Origin: Myxococcota bacterium | GTDB taxonomy: Bacteria > Myxococcota_A > SURF-8 | Assembly: GCA_965140415.1 (NCBI GenBank) | Contig: OZ223209.1 | Span: 2,688,001 to 2,752,000, forward strand | DNA length: 64,000 bases | Direction of reading: 5' to 3' | Shown here: in pieces, positions 49,278-59,808 of the stretch | Position numbering within the stretch: position 1 is the first letter of the stretch | How the letters are laid out: the number at the start of each line of letters is the position of its first letter | The notes under the pieces: model-generated | Seen by the model: only the letters and a program-made list of their open reading frames with translations | Told to the model about the DNA's origin: nothing | Databases searched by the model: none | Translations under genes and position numbers: made by a program

Positions 49278-50558
49278 ATGCGGACAATCACGAATCTTGT
49301 CTTTCTGCTGATGGGAGTGCTTATCGTATCGGGTTGTTCTGGTGGCTCGGACTCCTCCCCTGGCATAGATGGCGACTTCGATCATGAAAATGCGGAAGCG
49401 GCAGACGATGATACGGAATCAGAACCCGACGAGGAAGTTGTAATTGCCCCGGATCGCGCGGATCCACCAGAAACCGTGACCGTATTTGAGGCCGGTACGG
49501 ATGGGTATGCTTCTTTCCGTATCCCCGTGATTGTGGAAGCTCCTGATGGCTCCTTGCTGGCCTTTTGCGAAGGCCGGGTGAATTCGGAAGTGGACTGGGG
49601 CGATATCGACCTGGTCATGCGACGCAGTATGGATGGTGGAAGAACCTGGGGCGATCTGGTCGTACTTGGAGACGATGGCGAAAACATGGTCAACAACCCA
49701 TCGGCTGTTGTAGACCGGAGCAGCGGTACCGTTTTTCTGCTTCACACCCACGGGCTTGGGGGGGACGCAGAATTTATGATCCGCGAAGGCTGGTCCACCG
49801 GCACACGCACCGTCTGGCTCATAAAAAGTGAAGATAACGGCCTGACCTGGTCGGAGTCGATCGAAATTACCGAGAGCGTGAAGCCCGATACTTGGCGCTG
49901 GTATGCCGTGGGTCCGGTGCACGGCATTCAACTGATACGTGGACCGCATGCCGGTCGTTTATTGATCCCTTGCAATCACTCCACCGATGGTGGCGGGGGC
50001 AATGAATTCCTGGGCGCACATGCCATCTACAGCGACGATCATGGCCTGACATGGCAGTTGGGGGCTGTAGACAGCCAGGGTGAAGGGGAGATGAATCCCA
50101 GTGAGTCCACGGTCGTCGAACTGAACGATGGACGACTGTATTTCAACAGTCGGAACCAGGGCGGTGAAGGTGGTGCCAGCCGGGCAGTAACTTATAGCAG
50201 CGACGGGGGCGAAAGCTTTAATGGTCTATATGCCGGGGATGCGCAATTCATCTCGCCTGTTGTTCAGGGCTCGGTGCAGCGTTATGGCGCGATCGATCGG
50301 GGATACGAGCGCAATCACCTGCTCTTCTCCAGTCCCGGCCATCCAAGTGAACGGCGGGATCTGACCATACTCAGCAGCTTTGATGAGGGAGAAACCTGGG
50401 AATCACCTGCCGTCATTCACGAAGGACCGTCCGCGTATTCGGATCTTGTCGTCACGCAGGATCGTTGGATCGGTGTGCTGTACGAATCCGGCGAAGAAAA
50501 GACTTACGAACGTATCGTGTTCACCCGATTCGGAGTTGACTGGCTCCTCGACCAGTAG
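49278..50558 (+). CDS. Sialidase-family (GH33, BNR/Asp-box) lipoprotein
   Basis: Lipobox VSGC; FRIP motif; five SxDxGxxW/F Asp-boxes; AYS. Confidence 0.9.
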   Translation: MRTITNLVFLLMGVLIVSGCSGGSDSSPGIDGDFDHENAEAADDDTESEPDEEVVIAPDRADPPETVTVFEAGTDGYASFRIPVIVEAPDGSLLAFCEGRVNSEVDWGDIDLVMRRSMDGGRTWGDLVVLGDDGENMVNNPSAVVDRSSGTVFLLHTHGLGGDAEFMIREGWSTGTRTVWLIKSEDNGLTWSESIEITESVKPDTWRWYAVGPVHGIQLIRGPHAGRLLIPCNHSTDGGGGNEFLGAHAIYSDDHGLTWQLGAVDSQGEGEMNPSESTVVELNDGRLYFNSRNQGGEGGASRAVTYSSDGGESFNGLYAGDAQFISPVVQGSVQRYGAIDRGYERNHLLFSSPGHPSERRDLTILSSFDEGETWESPAVIHEGPSAYSDLVVTQDRWIGVLYESGEEKTYERIVFTRFGVDWLLDQ

Positions 50559-50591
50559 AAGGCATCGCTTTCATCCAACCTCACAAATCCT

Positions 50592-50945
50592 TCACTGTTG
50601 ACTGCGCGTGATCTCCGGGATCTGGGAGAGCGGTGTGGGGGTGAAGTGGATATCGCGTTCGATGGCCTGCAAACCGGGAATGCGCTGGCCGTTGATACGT
50701 GCTTCCAGGGATTCGAGTTCCTTCAGGCTGAAGTAACCGAGTTCGCCGCAGCCGGAGTGGATCTCGGCCCAACCAAAACAGGTGTCGCCGCCGTCATGGT
50801 CGAACTCGGTCAGGTACCAGACGCCGTTGGATGAATAGGCGCTGAAGAATCGCAAATGCGCGATGGCGTCCATGCCTTTGCCGTCCTGAGCGTACAAGGG
50901 CGGGATAGTCTTGCGGATGGACTGGGGGAGCAGTTTCTGTTTCAT
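50592..50945 (-). CDS. DUF2958-like protein (mobile-element associated)
   Basis: WYLTEFD...FG......ELGYFSLKELE...IERDIHF; GGAGG RBS. Confidence 0.85.
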   Translation of the reverse strand: MKQKLLPQSIRKTIPPLYAQDGKGMDAIAHLRFFSAYSSNGVWYLTEFDHDGGDTCFGWAEIHSGCGELGYFSLKELESLEARINGQRIPGLQAIERDIHFTPTPLSQIPEITRSQQ

Positions 50946-51134
50946 GGATTGACCTCCTTGTTTGGTGGAAAAAGGACGCACCGGTCCGGGCCATCCGGGG
51001 TGGATGGCTGGTAAGTGGCTGGGATGTAAGGGAAATTCAGGCTAGAATGCGCTGTCTTCTTCTATACTTATAGCATATCTGAGAGTGGTTTTTCAGATTT
51101 GGAAAAATGGAGTTTGTTACATCGCCAGAAGTGG

Positions 51135-54100
51135 TCACCCGTCCAGAACCGCCCGCACCTTCTTCGCCAACGCCTGCGGCGTGTAGGGTTTGCCGATGAA
51201 GTCGACGCCTTCGTCCAAAACCCCATGATGGGCGATCACGTTTTCCGTATAGCCGGAGGTGTAGAGGACTTTCATGTTTCCGAATCTCTCTTGAAGCTTC
51301 TCGACCAGTTGTCTGCCGTTCATGTTCGGCATGACGATATCCGTCAACAGGAGGTCGATATGCAGGTTTTCGTCTTCCACTTTGGCCAGCGCGTCTCCGC
51401 CGGAATCCGCGTGGTGGACGGTGTAGCCTTGCCGCTTGAGAATCCTGATGGCGATTTTGCGCACCATGGATTCGTCTTCCACCACCAGGACCGTCTCCGT
51501 CCCCTTCGGCAGATCGTCCATTTCGGTCTTCCTGATGAACGCTTCCGCCCGCTCGACCACCGTCGGGAAATAGACTTTGAAGGTAGTGCCTTCACCCCGT
51601 TCGGAATACACCTCGATATGTCCACCGTGCTGCTTGACGATGCCGTAGACGGTCGCAAGACCCAGGCCCGTTCCTTCGCCTTCCTTCTTTGTCGTAAAGA
51701 ACGGGTCGAACACCTTCTTTCGGGTTTCCTCATCCATACCCTCGCCGTTGTCGGAAACGGCCAGCATGACGTAGTCACCGGGCTCCACGTGCGGATGGGC
51801 GCGGCAATACGCTTCATCCAGCTTCACATCGGCGGTTTCTACGGTAAGTTTTCCTCCGTCCGGCATGGCGTCACGGGCGTTGACGGCCAGATTGACCAGG
51901 ATCTGCTCCACCTGGCCGACATCGGCCTTGACGTGTCCCAATCCTCGCGTCGGGATCGTCTGGAGATCCACATCCTCTCCGATCAGGCGTACGAGCATTT
52001 TGTGCATGTTGTCAATCAGCTCGTTTAGATCGAGCACCTTCGGCTTGATGATCTGTTTGCGGCTGAAGGCCAGAAGCTGGCGAGTCAGATTCGCCGCGCT
52101 GTCTGCAGCTTGATTGATCTCCGACAAAGCATCCAACAGCGGATCACCCGGCGTCAGGTCCATCATGGCCAGCGACACGTTGCCGGTGATGCCGGTGAGC
52201 AGGTTATTGAAGTCGTGGGCCACACCTCCGGCCAGCCGGCCGACCGACTCCATCTTCTGGGCTTGATTCAGTTGCTGTTGCAGCTTCTCTTTTTCTTCGG
52301 CGTCCTGATTGGCTTTTGTAACGTCGTAAATGGCGCCCTGGATGTTTACGGGATTTCCACTGGCATCGGGGATGCAGCGAGCCACGTCGCGCACCCAGCG
52401 CAGGCCTCCGTCCTTACGTTGAATCCGATACTCGCTGTCCGCTACAAACGAGGGGTCGTTCATCAGCCTTTCGCCCAGTTTCCTCACCCGGGGCAAGTCC
52501 TCCTGCAAAATAAGATCGCTCCATACGGTCCGTCCGGAAAGGAAATCCTGCCCATCGTAGCCGGAGATTTCCTTCACCATGCCGTGAAAATAGTAGGGCT
52601 TGAAGGTCAAATGCGACGCCTGATACGCGATGCCGTTGAAGTTTTCGATGAACAGGCGATGCTTCTCCTCGCTGGCCCGCAGCTCCGCTTCCGCCTGTTT
52701 CCGCTCTGAGATGTCTCGTGTGATCCCCTGAACGGCCGTGGGCGCACCCTCCTTGTCATAAACCCATGTGGCGCTTGCCTCGATGTCAAGAATCGATCCG
52801 GCTTTGGTGTGCTGCTGGAATTCTTGCACGATGGAGGGCAAGCGTTCTTCTTTTGGGAGTGCAAGCTGTTCGGCCATGAGATTCATGATCGCTTCGGCCG
52901 ATTCCTCCGTTACATAGTCGGCCACCGTCATCTGCATGACCTCTTCCTGCGTAAAGCCGGTCATCCGCATTACGGATGGACTGACGTAGGAAAAGCGGCC
53001 ATCAAGCTCCATTCTCCAGACGACGTCCGAGGAATTCTCGGCGATGAGACGGTATTTCTCCTCGCTATGTCGAAGCTCCTCTTCGGCGTGCTTACGCTCG
53101 GAGATGTCGCGGATCACCACCAGCGTCCCCTGCCGATCTCCCGATTCAAACAGGGCTCCGTTCAACTCACCCACGAAACGTGATCCATCCCGGCGTTTCA
53201 TCAGCAATTCAAGGTTTCTGGATTTGCCGCCTTCGTTCACCGATTCTTGAAACCCCTGCATGGCCTTCGGAATGGAGGATTCATCCAGAAAATCCATGAA
53301 ATGCCGCCCCAGCATGTCTTCCGCCGCCAAACCGAACACCGACGAGGCCGCTGGAGAGGCATAGGTGATAATCCCCTCCGTATCAGTTAGGGATATGAAA
53401 TCAGTCGACTGTTCTGTCATGGATCGGAAACGCTCTTCACTGGCGTGCAGATCCGATTCCGATTGTTTCACATCCGTGATATCCCGCACCCACTCCACCA
53501 GGTATTCCGCATCGCCATGCTCGTTGTGTATCGGAAAGGCGCGAATTTCCGCCCAGATGCCCTCGACAACCTTTTTTCGCACCAGCACGGTTTCGCCGTT
53601 TTCCAGCACCCGTTTCGCTTCACAATCGGGACACAAATCGTCGAAGCCGCGATAGGTCGTATAGCACTTGCTTCCCAGGACGCGCTTTTCCTGCTCGACA
53701 GCGCCGAAGCCATTCCAGTTGGAGTAGACGATATTCATGTCCCGGTCGTGGACGGAGAGCATGTCGGGAATGGAAGTGAACAGCTTGTCCAATAGCAGTC
53801 TATTCTTTCTGATTTCATCTTCGGACTGCTTGCGTTCGGTGATGTCGGTCATGATGGCGACCATGCCGGTGATGTTGCCGGATGAATTCCTCATCGGTGC
53901 TGCATTGACGGAAAGCAGAATTCGTCGACCATCCGGCGTTTCCACACCGTGCTGAACGTCGAACACGGCGTGACCGGATTGCATGACCCGATTGAAAGCC
54001 AACTGATCGTCGGGAAATGGACCGCCATCGATATCACAGATTTTCCAATGCGGATCGTTGTACGTCCGCTTAAGGAGTTTATCTTTCTGCAACCCGAACA

Positions 54101-55055
54101 ACGCTTCCGCAGCCGGATTGGCATAGCTCAGTCGCCCATCTGGATCCACCACGGTAATGCCGATCGGGCTGGTGTCGGTGATGTTTCTCGTCAACTCGCT
54201 TTGGGAGTATAGCTCTGCTTCGGCGCGTTTTCTGTCCGTTATGTCTCTGACATTGACCTGAATGCCCTCCACCCGTCCTTTTTTCCGTATCAGAGCGGCA
54301 TGAAACTCAACGTAGATCGTATGCCCGTCCTTGTGTCTACACTCCATTTCGACCTGATGCAGTGGATCGTCCTGGGAGAGCACCCGCTTGAACAACTCCA
54401 TGATCCTGGCTACGCTGACCCTGGCGTATTTGGCGAAATACGTGACACGTTTGCCGAGCACCTCTTCCGGCTCAAGGCCGAAAATGTCACGGACGCGGTC
54501 GTTGACATCCACCACCTTTCCCCAGCGGTCGATATACAGGATTTCATCGGGCGAATTATGGAAAATGAGCCGATAGGTGTCCTCCGCCTCGTTGCGCTCC
54601 CTTTCTGCTCTCGCAAGTTCGCTGATGTCCGTTGCGATGTGGACGATGCTCTGCAGGTTTCCAGCGTCATCGAATATCGGTGTACAGGCCACATGATAGG
54701 TTCCATGCATGCCCTGCATGATCATGGTTTCAGCTTGCGGTTTTTTTGAAGCGACTGCTTTTTGAAGGGGACAGCCTTTCGCAGGTCCGGATTCCAGATG
54801 GAACACCTGGTGGCACTTGCGGCCCTTGAGTTCTTCCAAAGAAAGACCGGACACATCCTGGGCGGCTTTGTTGGCATGAAGAATGGTATGATCCGGCGCT
54901 ACGATCAACGCATTATGCGGGATTGCGTCAAGCAATTGAGGCGGCCGAACCATGGAGGCGAGATCATTATCAGTTTCTTTCAGTCTCGCGATCTCCTCCT
55001 TGGCTGCCTGAAGCTCCTCGATCAGCTGCGCCTTGGTTTTTGGGTCATCGGACAC
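51135..55055 (-). CDS. Hybrid sensor histidine kinase with 7 PAS domains and REC
   Basis: [35 protein letters not shown]-terminal REC; GTG start at 55055 after AAGGAGG. Confidence 0.93.
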   Translation of the reverse strand: MSDDPKTKAQLIEELQAAKEEIARLKETDNDLASMVRPPQLLDAIPHNALIVAPDHTILHANKAAQDVSGLSLEELKGRKCHQVFHLESGPAKGCPLQKAVASKKPQAETMIMQGMHGTYHVACTPIFDDAGNLQSIVHIATDISELARAERERNEAEDTYRLIFHNSPDEILYIDRWGKVVDVNDRVRDIFGLEPEEVLGKRVTYFAKYARVSVARIMELFKRVLSQDDPLHQVEMECRHKDGHTIYVEFHAALIRKKGRVEGIQVNVRDITDRKRAEAELYSQSELTRNITDTSPIGITVVDPDGRLSYANPAAEALFGLQKDKLLKRTYNDPHWKICDIDGGPFPDDQLAFNRVMQSGHAVFDVQHGVETPDGRRILLSVNAAPMRNSSGNITGMVAIMTDITERKQSEDEIRKNRLLLDKLFTSIPDMLSVHDRDMNIVYSNWNGFGAVEQEKRVLGSKCYTTYRGFDDLCPDCEAKRVLENGETVLVRKKVVEGIWAEIRAFPIHNEHGDAEYLVEWVRDITDVKQSESDLHASEERFRSMTEQSTDFISLTDTEGIITYASPAASSVFGLAAEDMLGRHFMDFLDESSIPKAMQGFQESVNEGGKSRNLELLMKRRDGSRFVGELNGALFESGDRQGTLVVIRDISERKHAEEELRHSEEKYRLIAENSSDVVWRMELDGRFSYVSPSVMRMTGFTQEEVMQMTVADYVTEESAEAIMNLMAEQLALPKEERLPSIVQEFQQHTKAGSILDIEASATWVYDKEGAPTAVQGITRDISERKQAEAELRASEEKHRLFIENFNGIAYQASHLTFKPYYFHGMVKEISGYDGQDFLSGRTVWSDLILQEDLPRVRKLGERLMNDPSFVADSEYRIQRKDGGLRWVRDVARCIPDASGNPVNIQGAIYDVTKANQDAEEKEKLQQQLNQAQKMESVGRLAGGVAHDFNNLLTGITGNVSLAMMDLTPGDPLLDALSEINQAADSAANLTRQLLAFSRKQIIKPKVLDLNELIDNMHKMLVRLIGEDVDLQTIPTRGLGHVKADVGQVEQILVNLAVNARDAMPDGGKLTVETADVKLDEAYCRAHPHVEPGDYVMLAVSDNGEGMDEETRKKVFDPFFTTKKEGEGTGLGLATVYGIVKQHGGHIEVYSERGEGTTFKVYFPTVVERAEAFIRKTEMDDLPKGTETVLVVEDESMVRKIAIRILKRQGYTVHHADSGGDALAKVEDENLHIDLLLTDIVMPNMNGRQLVEKLQERFGNMKVLYTSGYTENVIAHHGVLDEGVDFIGKPYTPQALAKKVRAVLDG

Positions 55056-55299
55056 TGCAGCCTCCTTTGCGGCCTGGTGCATACTGCCCTGATAATACAG
55101 CGAATATACTTGCCAATACTGCAAGTCAGTAGCTTACAATGATACCAGATAAAAGGCTAAAGAAAAGTAGGAAAGCACTCTCAATGTAGCAATATACGGT
55201 TTGATCCTGCCGACATGCATCTGAACTGAGATGTTGGCTGAATTCAATCTGTTCTGGTCGCGCCGTTTCCGCGAACTCACCTTCAAGTGACCCACTGCT

Positions 55300-55860
55300 C
55301 TTCCTGTTCGTGCCAGTTAAGAGAATAGCTCTGCATTTTTCCACCGCCAAACCCTCTGGCTCCTTGCCGCTCAGTATTGCCCGGACAAGTTTGGGTGACC
55401 GTCTCCGGTTTGACGATGATCAGATGTTCTTTCCAGTCTGACCAGCCAGATATTAGTGCATCGCCGTCCACAGGCTCTGCTCACCGAAAAAGACAAATTT
55501 CAAGATGCACTCGGATTTTACAGAAAGCACAAACCGTTCCGAATAGGCGTTCAGGTCGGGGCTTCTGATCGGGAGGCGAATCGGTTTCACACCAGCGTCA
55601 TTGAGAATACGCCGAAATGATGCGCAGAATTTCGTATCTCGATCCATGATCAGATAGCGTTGGCCGTCCAGACACCCCAAATCCGCCATCGCCGCGTTGA
55701 TCGCGCCCCGTTTCATCCAGTCCTCGTTCGGGTTGGGCGTGATGCCTGCAAGATGAACCTTCCGGCTGCCGACCTGGATGAAGAACAGCACGTAGTACGT
55801 AATCAGCCCGAAAGGCGTGAAAACCTCCGTCGTAAAGAAATAGCAGCCGGAAACCTATGT
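55300..55860 (-). pseudogene. Integrase-core (rve) transposase fragments
   Basis: FFTTEV...[28 protein letters not shown]; separate WKEHLIIVKPETV fragment; in-frame stops. Confidence 0.75.
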
Positions 55861-55924
55861 CATGTTTTTTATTCGGTGACGAAGTTTCGTCGGTAAAACT
55901 TCAAAATGCCTTGGCGCGTAGCAC

Positions 55925-56016
55925 CGCGAACATTCGCGCACAATCGACGCACATACGTGACAACTGGGGGAAATATACTATGACCATACGCTGGAGTTGG
56001 GTCTTCCTGTTCCAGC
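55925..56016 (+). repeat. 92-bp regulatory leader, copy 1
   Basis: Near-identical to 58952-59043; ACA-phased repeats, TATACT -10, GCTGGA...TCCAGC hairpin. Confidence 0.8.
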
Positions 56017-56070
56017 GTATTGTTGCCGAATTTCAGCGAGTACACGTGACATGGAAAGGAGAAGAAAGAA

Positions 56071-56520
56071 ATGAGAGTATATGTTGCCCTGTTGGGAATC
56101 CTGATGATGACCTGTATCGCCTGTGGAGACGATTACAACGACCTGGATGTCGAGTTTACGTCCATTGAGGCCGAATACGACGGCATGTATGTCTACGCTT
56201 GGCTGACCCGTGCTGACAATTGTGAAACGCAGTCGGATCGAGTGCAGGAACGGCGCGCGTTGATTGACGGGGCGGAAGCATCTGTGAACTTCATGGATAT
56301 TTCTGCACGCGAGTACCTTCTTTGCGCTTTCGTCGATGTCAACGGCAATGCCGTATATTGGCACGAAGACAGACCAGACGAGGCCGTATATTGGCACGAA
56401 GACAGACCAGACGAGCATCTGCTGGAGTTTGATGCCGGAGATCTTCATGGGTCTACGTATGTGACGCTGGGCGAGGTGGAGTACACGTTTCTCGACACGA
56501 GCACTTGGGAGACTCAGTAG
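56071..56520 (+). CDS. Small lipoprotein with internal 33-bp tandem duplication
   Basis: Lipobox CIAC; AVYWHEDRPDE twice (56350-56415). Confidence 0.7.
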   Translation: MRVYVALLGILMMTCIACGDDYNDLDVEFTSIEAEYDGMYVYAWLTRADNCETQSDRVQERRALIDGAEASVNFMDISAREYLLCAFVDVNGNAVYWHEDRPDEAVYWHEDRPDEHLLEFDAGDLHGSTYVTLGEVEYTFLDTSTWETQ

Positions 56521-56670
56521 TTCGGATCCGGTCGTCGCATCAATGCTCCGGGCCTGCATCCAATGTCGTGTCCGAGTGCTCGAACTCGAGACTGGCGGAA
56601 TACTTGTGTTCTGTGGTATTTTAGACAGCGAAAACGTTTCGCCATGAGACAAAAAATGGAGTGACAGTAA

Positions 56671-57384
56671 GTGGATTCTCGCAATTCCATCAATGTAGTC
56701 TTGGTCGAAGACGATAACCGACTTGCCAAGCTTATCGCACAGTACTTCGAAAGACTCGAGGTCCGTGTAGACGTCGCGGTCGACGGGCCCACGGGTGTAC
56801 GTTTGGCGCTCCAGCCGCACGTCGAGTGCGTCTTGCTCGACATCATGCTCCCCGGTTTCAACGGCCTCGAGGTCTGCCGCAGGATCCGCGCGCGCTCCGA
56901 TGTGCCGATCATCATGCTGACAGCGCTCGAGAGCGAAGGAGAGCGCGTGATGGGACTTGAGAAAGGGGCCGATGACTATGTCGTCAAACCCTTCTCGACC
57001 CCGGAACTGCTGGCCCGCGTTCAAGCCATTGTTCGGCGCTACCGTGGCGAGCTCAAACCGGTCGGTGACGTGGTCGAGGCCGGCGATATTCTCGTAAATC
57101 GTCAAACGCGTGAAGCCTGGCTCCGGGGTGAACGATTGGAGCTCACCACCCACGAGTTTGAACTACTTCAGGTCATGGCCGAGCGCGCCGGGCGGGTTCT
57201 CTCTCGCGATCAACTGCTCGAGCTCACTCACGCCGATCCGGCGGCGGCTTTCGACCGCAGCATCGACGGCCATGTCTCGCGTCTTCGCGCCAAGCTCGGG
57301 GATTCGCCACAAAGTCCCTGTTATCTGCGCACGATCCGAGGTGTCGGGTATCAGCTCAATCCGTCTCGCGGGGACGAACCGTGA
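56671..57384 (+). CDS. OmpR/PhoB-family response regulator
   Basis: VEDD, LDIMLP, KPF, DRSIDGHVSRLRAKL, TIRGVGY. Confidence 0.93.
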   Translation: MDSRNSINVVLVEDDNRLAKLIAQYFERLEVRVDVAVDGPTGVRLALQPHVECVLLDIMLPGFNGLEVCRRIRARSDVPIIMLTALESEGERVMGLEKGADDYVVKPFSTPELLARVQAIVRRYRGELKPVGDVVEAGDILVNRQTREAWLRGERLELTTHEFELLQVMAERAGRVLSRDQLLELTHADPAAAFDRSIDGHVSRLRAKLGDSPQSPCYLRTIRGVGYQLNPSRGDEP

Positions 57385-58781
57385 AGCGACGGATACCTCT
57401 GGCGCTCACGACCTATTTGATAGTGTTCGTGGCCTTCATGGTGTTGTGGTTCGGTCTCGTGTTTCTCCGGGGGCGTGCCGACGTGTCTTGGCGAAGGGCC
57501 GGCAATACGGGGCTCGAGACCGAGCAGCAGGCGACGGCGACCCTGCTGGCGAGAGCTCAGGACGAACCTTGCACGTTAGAGGAGATCGTCGAGTGGAGCC
57601 GCTACAACTACCCGAACCTCAAGTTCGCACTCTTTAACGTCGATGGTGACTTGGTCGTCGGGCACGGTGTCGAGCATCTCGCCGACGTGGACTTCGGAAG
57701 CATCGTCTGGGGAAACCACGACGTCGTCGTGCTCGACGACGGGGCCGAGGTCTCACGCCATCGGAGCCGATCGGGTCGGACGCGTTACGCCATCACCCGT
57801 TACGTTGTTTCGTCGGAACAGTGGCATGTCACCTACGTCAGCTACGGGATCGGCATCGCCGTGGTATTGCTCACGTGGTTCGTGGTGGCGACGATTTTCG
57901 CCCGCATCTTCGCCGTGCCCATTCGCAAGATGGCCGGGACAGCGATCGAGCTGGCCGACGGCAACCTGGCAGCCCGCACGGACCTCGTTCGCCCCGACGA
58001 GATCGGGATGCTCGCGTGTGTGCTCGACCAGATGGCCGAGCGCCTCGATGGTATGCTCCGGTCGCAGCAGGTGCTGATGGCCCAGGTCTCACACGAGCTG
58101 CGCACACCGCTGGCCCGGCTCCGCGTCGCGGTGGATCTGGTGGAAGTTACGAACGGGGAGGAGGCCCGGGAGCAGATCCTGGCGATGAGTGACGACTTGC
58201 TGGAGCTCGAGACTCTGGTGTCGGATGTGCTTGCGCTGTCTCGATTGGACGTAGCGATGGCCCGCGGGGAGGATGGAGGCGCTCTGCGCCGCGACTCCAT
58301 CCAACCATCCGACTGGATACCTTCGGTGCTCGATCGCTTCTCGCGCGCCCACCCCGAGCGTGCGCTGGAGAAACACCTGGCGGCCGACTTGCCGGCGATC
58401 GAGGCGGATCGAGTCTTGATCGGCCGAGTCCTAATGAACCTACTCGACAACGCAGACAAGTATTCGTCCAGAGACTGCCCGATCCGGGTCGAGGCGTCGG
58501 CCGACGGCGATTATCTCGAAGTCCGCGTCGGCGATGATGGTCCCGGCATCCCGGATGAGGATCTAGAGCGGGTATTCGAGCCTTTTTACCGCGGGCGTGC
58601 TGCGACGGAAACGACAACCGGCGGCTACGGTTTGGGGCTCAGTTTCTGCCGCAGGGCGGCACGCCTCTACGACGGCGAAGTGACTCTGGAGAACCACAAG
58701 ACTGGTGGGGTCGACGCCGTGCTGCGATTTCCCACAAAAGCTTCGGACTCCGGATTTCCTCGGGACCATAGCACCAACTGA
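57381..58781 (+). CDS. Membrane sensor histidine kinase (HAMP-HisKA-HATPase)
   Basis: 2 TMs, SHELRTPL, NLLDNA, DDGPGI, GYGLGL; GTGA overlap with the RR. Confidence 0.93.
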   Translation: MKRRIPLALTTYLIVFVAFMVLWFGLVFLRGRADVSWRRAGNTGLETEQQATATLLARAQDEPCTLEEIVEWSRYNYPNLKFALFNVDGDLVVGHGVEHLADVDFGSIVWGNHDVVVLDDGAEVSRHRSRSGRTRYAITRYVVSSEQWHVTYVSYGIGIAVVLLTWFVVATIFARIFAVPIRKMAGTAIELADGNLAARTDLVRPDEIGMLACVLDQMAERLDGMLRSQQVLMAQVSHELRTPLARLRVAVDLVEVTNGEEAREQILAMSDDLLELETLVSDVLALSRLDVAMARGEDGGALRRDSIQPSDWIPSVLDRFSRAHPERALEKHLAADLPAIEADRVLIGRVLMNLLDNADKYSSRDCPIRVEASADGDYLEVRVGDDGPGIPDEDLERVFEPFYRGRAATETTTGGYGLGLSFCRRAARLYDGEVTLENHKTGGVDAVLRFPTKASDSGFPRDHSTN

Positions 58782-58951
58782 CACTCACACCCGAAGCCTT
58801 CGCGTTTTCGGGCTCACACGCAAGAACCGCAGACCCCTTCCAGCCGCTCGGGCCAGTCCCCTGCGGCGCAGAACCGCACCCAGCCAAGGGTAGTCGAGGG
58901 CCGGGCAGGCTAGGCTGCAAAAGGCATATTGGTCGCCAGCAAAGGCCATTA

Positions 58952-59043
58952 CGCGAACATTCGCACACCATCGACGCAAACACGTGCCAATTGGGGGAAA
59001 TACACTATGACCATACGCTGGAGTTGGGTCTATCTATTCCAGC
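58952..59043 (+). repeat. 92-bp regulatory leader, copy 2
   Basis: Near-identical to 55925-56016. Confidence 0.8.
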
Positions 59044-59112
59044 ACTGAATTGCCGGTCACCGTGCATCTCAGAAGGCACGTGCGACATGGAAAATAAACA
59101 AGGAGGAGAATC

Positions 59113-59803
59113 ATGCGCAGAAGTATTTTTTTACCAGGTCGTTTACTTGTTGTCGTATCGTTTCTGGCCATCGGCATTGGAATTCGATGATCCCCAAGAG
59201 TTTGTAGAAGTCGCCCACCACTCTGACTTCGATTTCACCAGTTCTGGCGCTACCTGGGAGGTGTGGATTAAGAAGCCAACCACGACGTCAGGAAGACTGA
59301 TAATTGGGAAATGGGTAGCCTCGTTTGAGGAAAAGTGGCTATACACGAGCAATAAACGTTACTACTTCAGATTATGGAGTGGAAATGATATTGTTTGGCT
59401 TGTGTCAACAAGAGGTTGCGAAACCTTACAAGAATGGAACCACGTTGCTGCAGTTTATGATGCTGACAACGATGAAGTAAGAATTTATCTGAACGGCGAT
59501 TTGCATGATAGTGAAACAGAATCAGGTCGTTCAGCAGGCAATAAGAACGGAAAAATACGCATCGGACAGCATGATCGATTTGATAGTACCTGGGATGCTT
59601 TTAAAGGTCAAATTGACGAAATCCGCATCAGCAACACAGCTCGCTATGGCCAGGAGAGCTTTGAGCCGCCTTTGACTTTCACCAACGACGAGTATATTAC
59701 AGCTCTTTGGAAGATGGACGATGAGAATCCGAGTCAACTGACTGATTATTCTGGCAATGGCCACCATGGCACCATTAACGGCCCGGCGTATGTGCCGAGG
59801 TGA
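59113..59803 (+). pseudogene. LamG/concanavalin-like domain protein, out of frame with its signal peptide
   Basis: GGAGGAG RBS, ATG 59113 gives MRRSIFLPGRLLVVVSFLAIGIGIR*; LamG motifs (WNHVAAVYD, IYLNG, FKGQIDEIRIS, DYSGNGHHG) are in the +1 frame. Confidence 0.65.
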
Positions 59804-59808
59804 GTTAA

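Noticed and set aside
34476-51000. Prophage or complete conjugative ICE
   Set aside because: No capsid, terminase, tail, relaxase or T4SS genes are recognisable in the window.
51099-52709. 309-aa and 199-aa plus-strand ORFs
   Set aside because: Shadows of the hybrid kinase.
53513-53520. CTCCACCA as a possible attR
   Set aside because: Only 8 bp, inside the kinase coding sequence; expected by chance.
55978-57153. 391-aa minus-strand ORF
   Set aside because: Antisense shadow of the GC-rich response regulator and lipoprotein genes.
59125-59132. Phase variation at the poly-T run of the LamG gene
   Set aside because: The run is short, and slipping there would discard the hydrophobic signal segment; a downstream deletion fits better.
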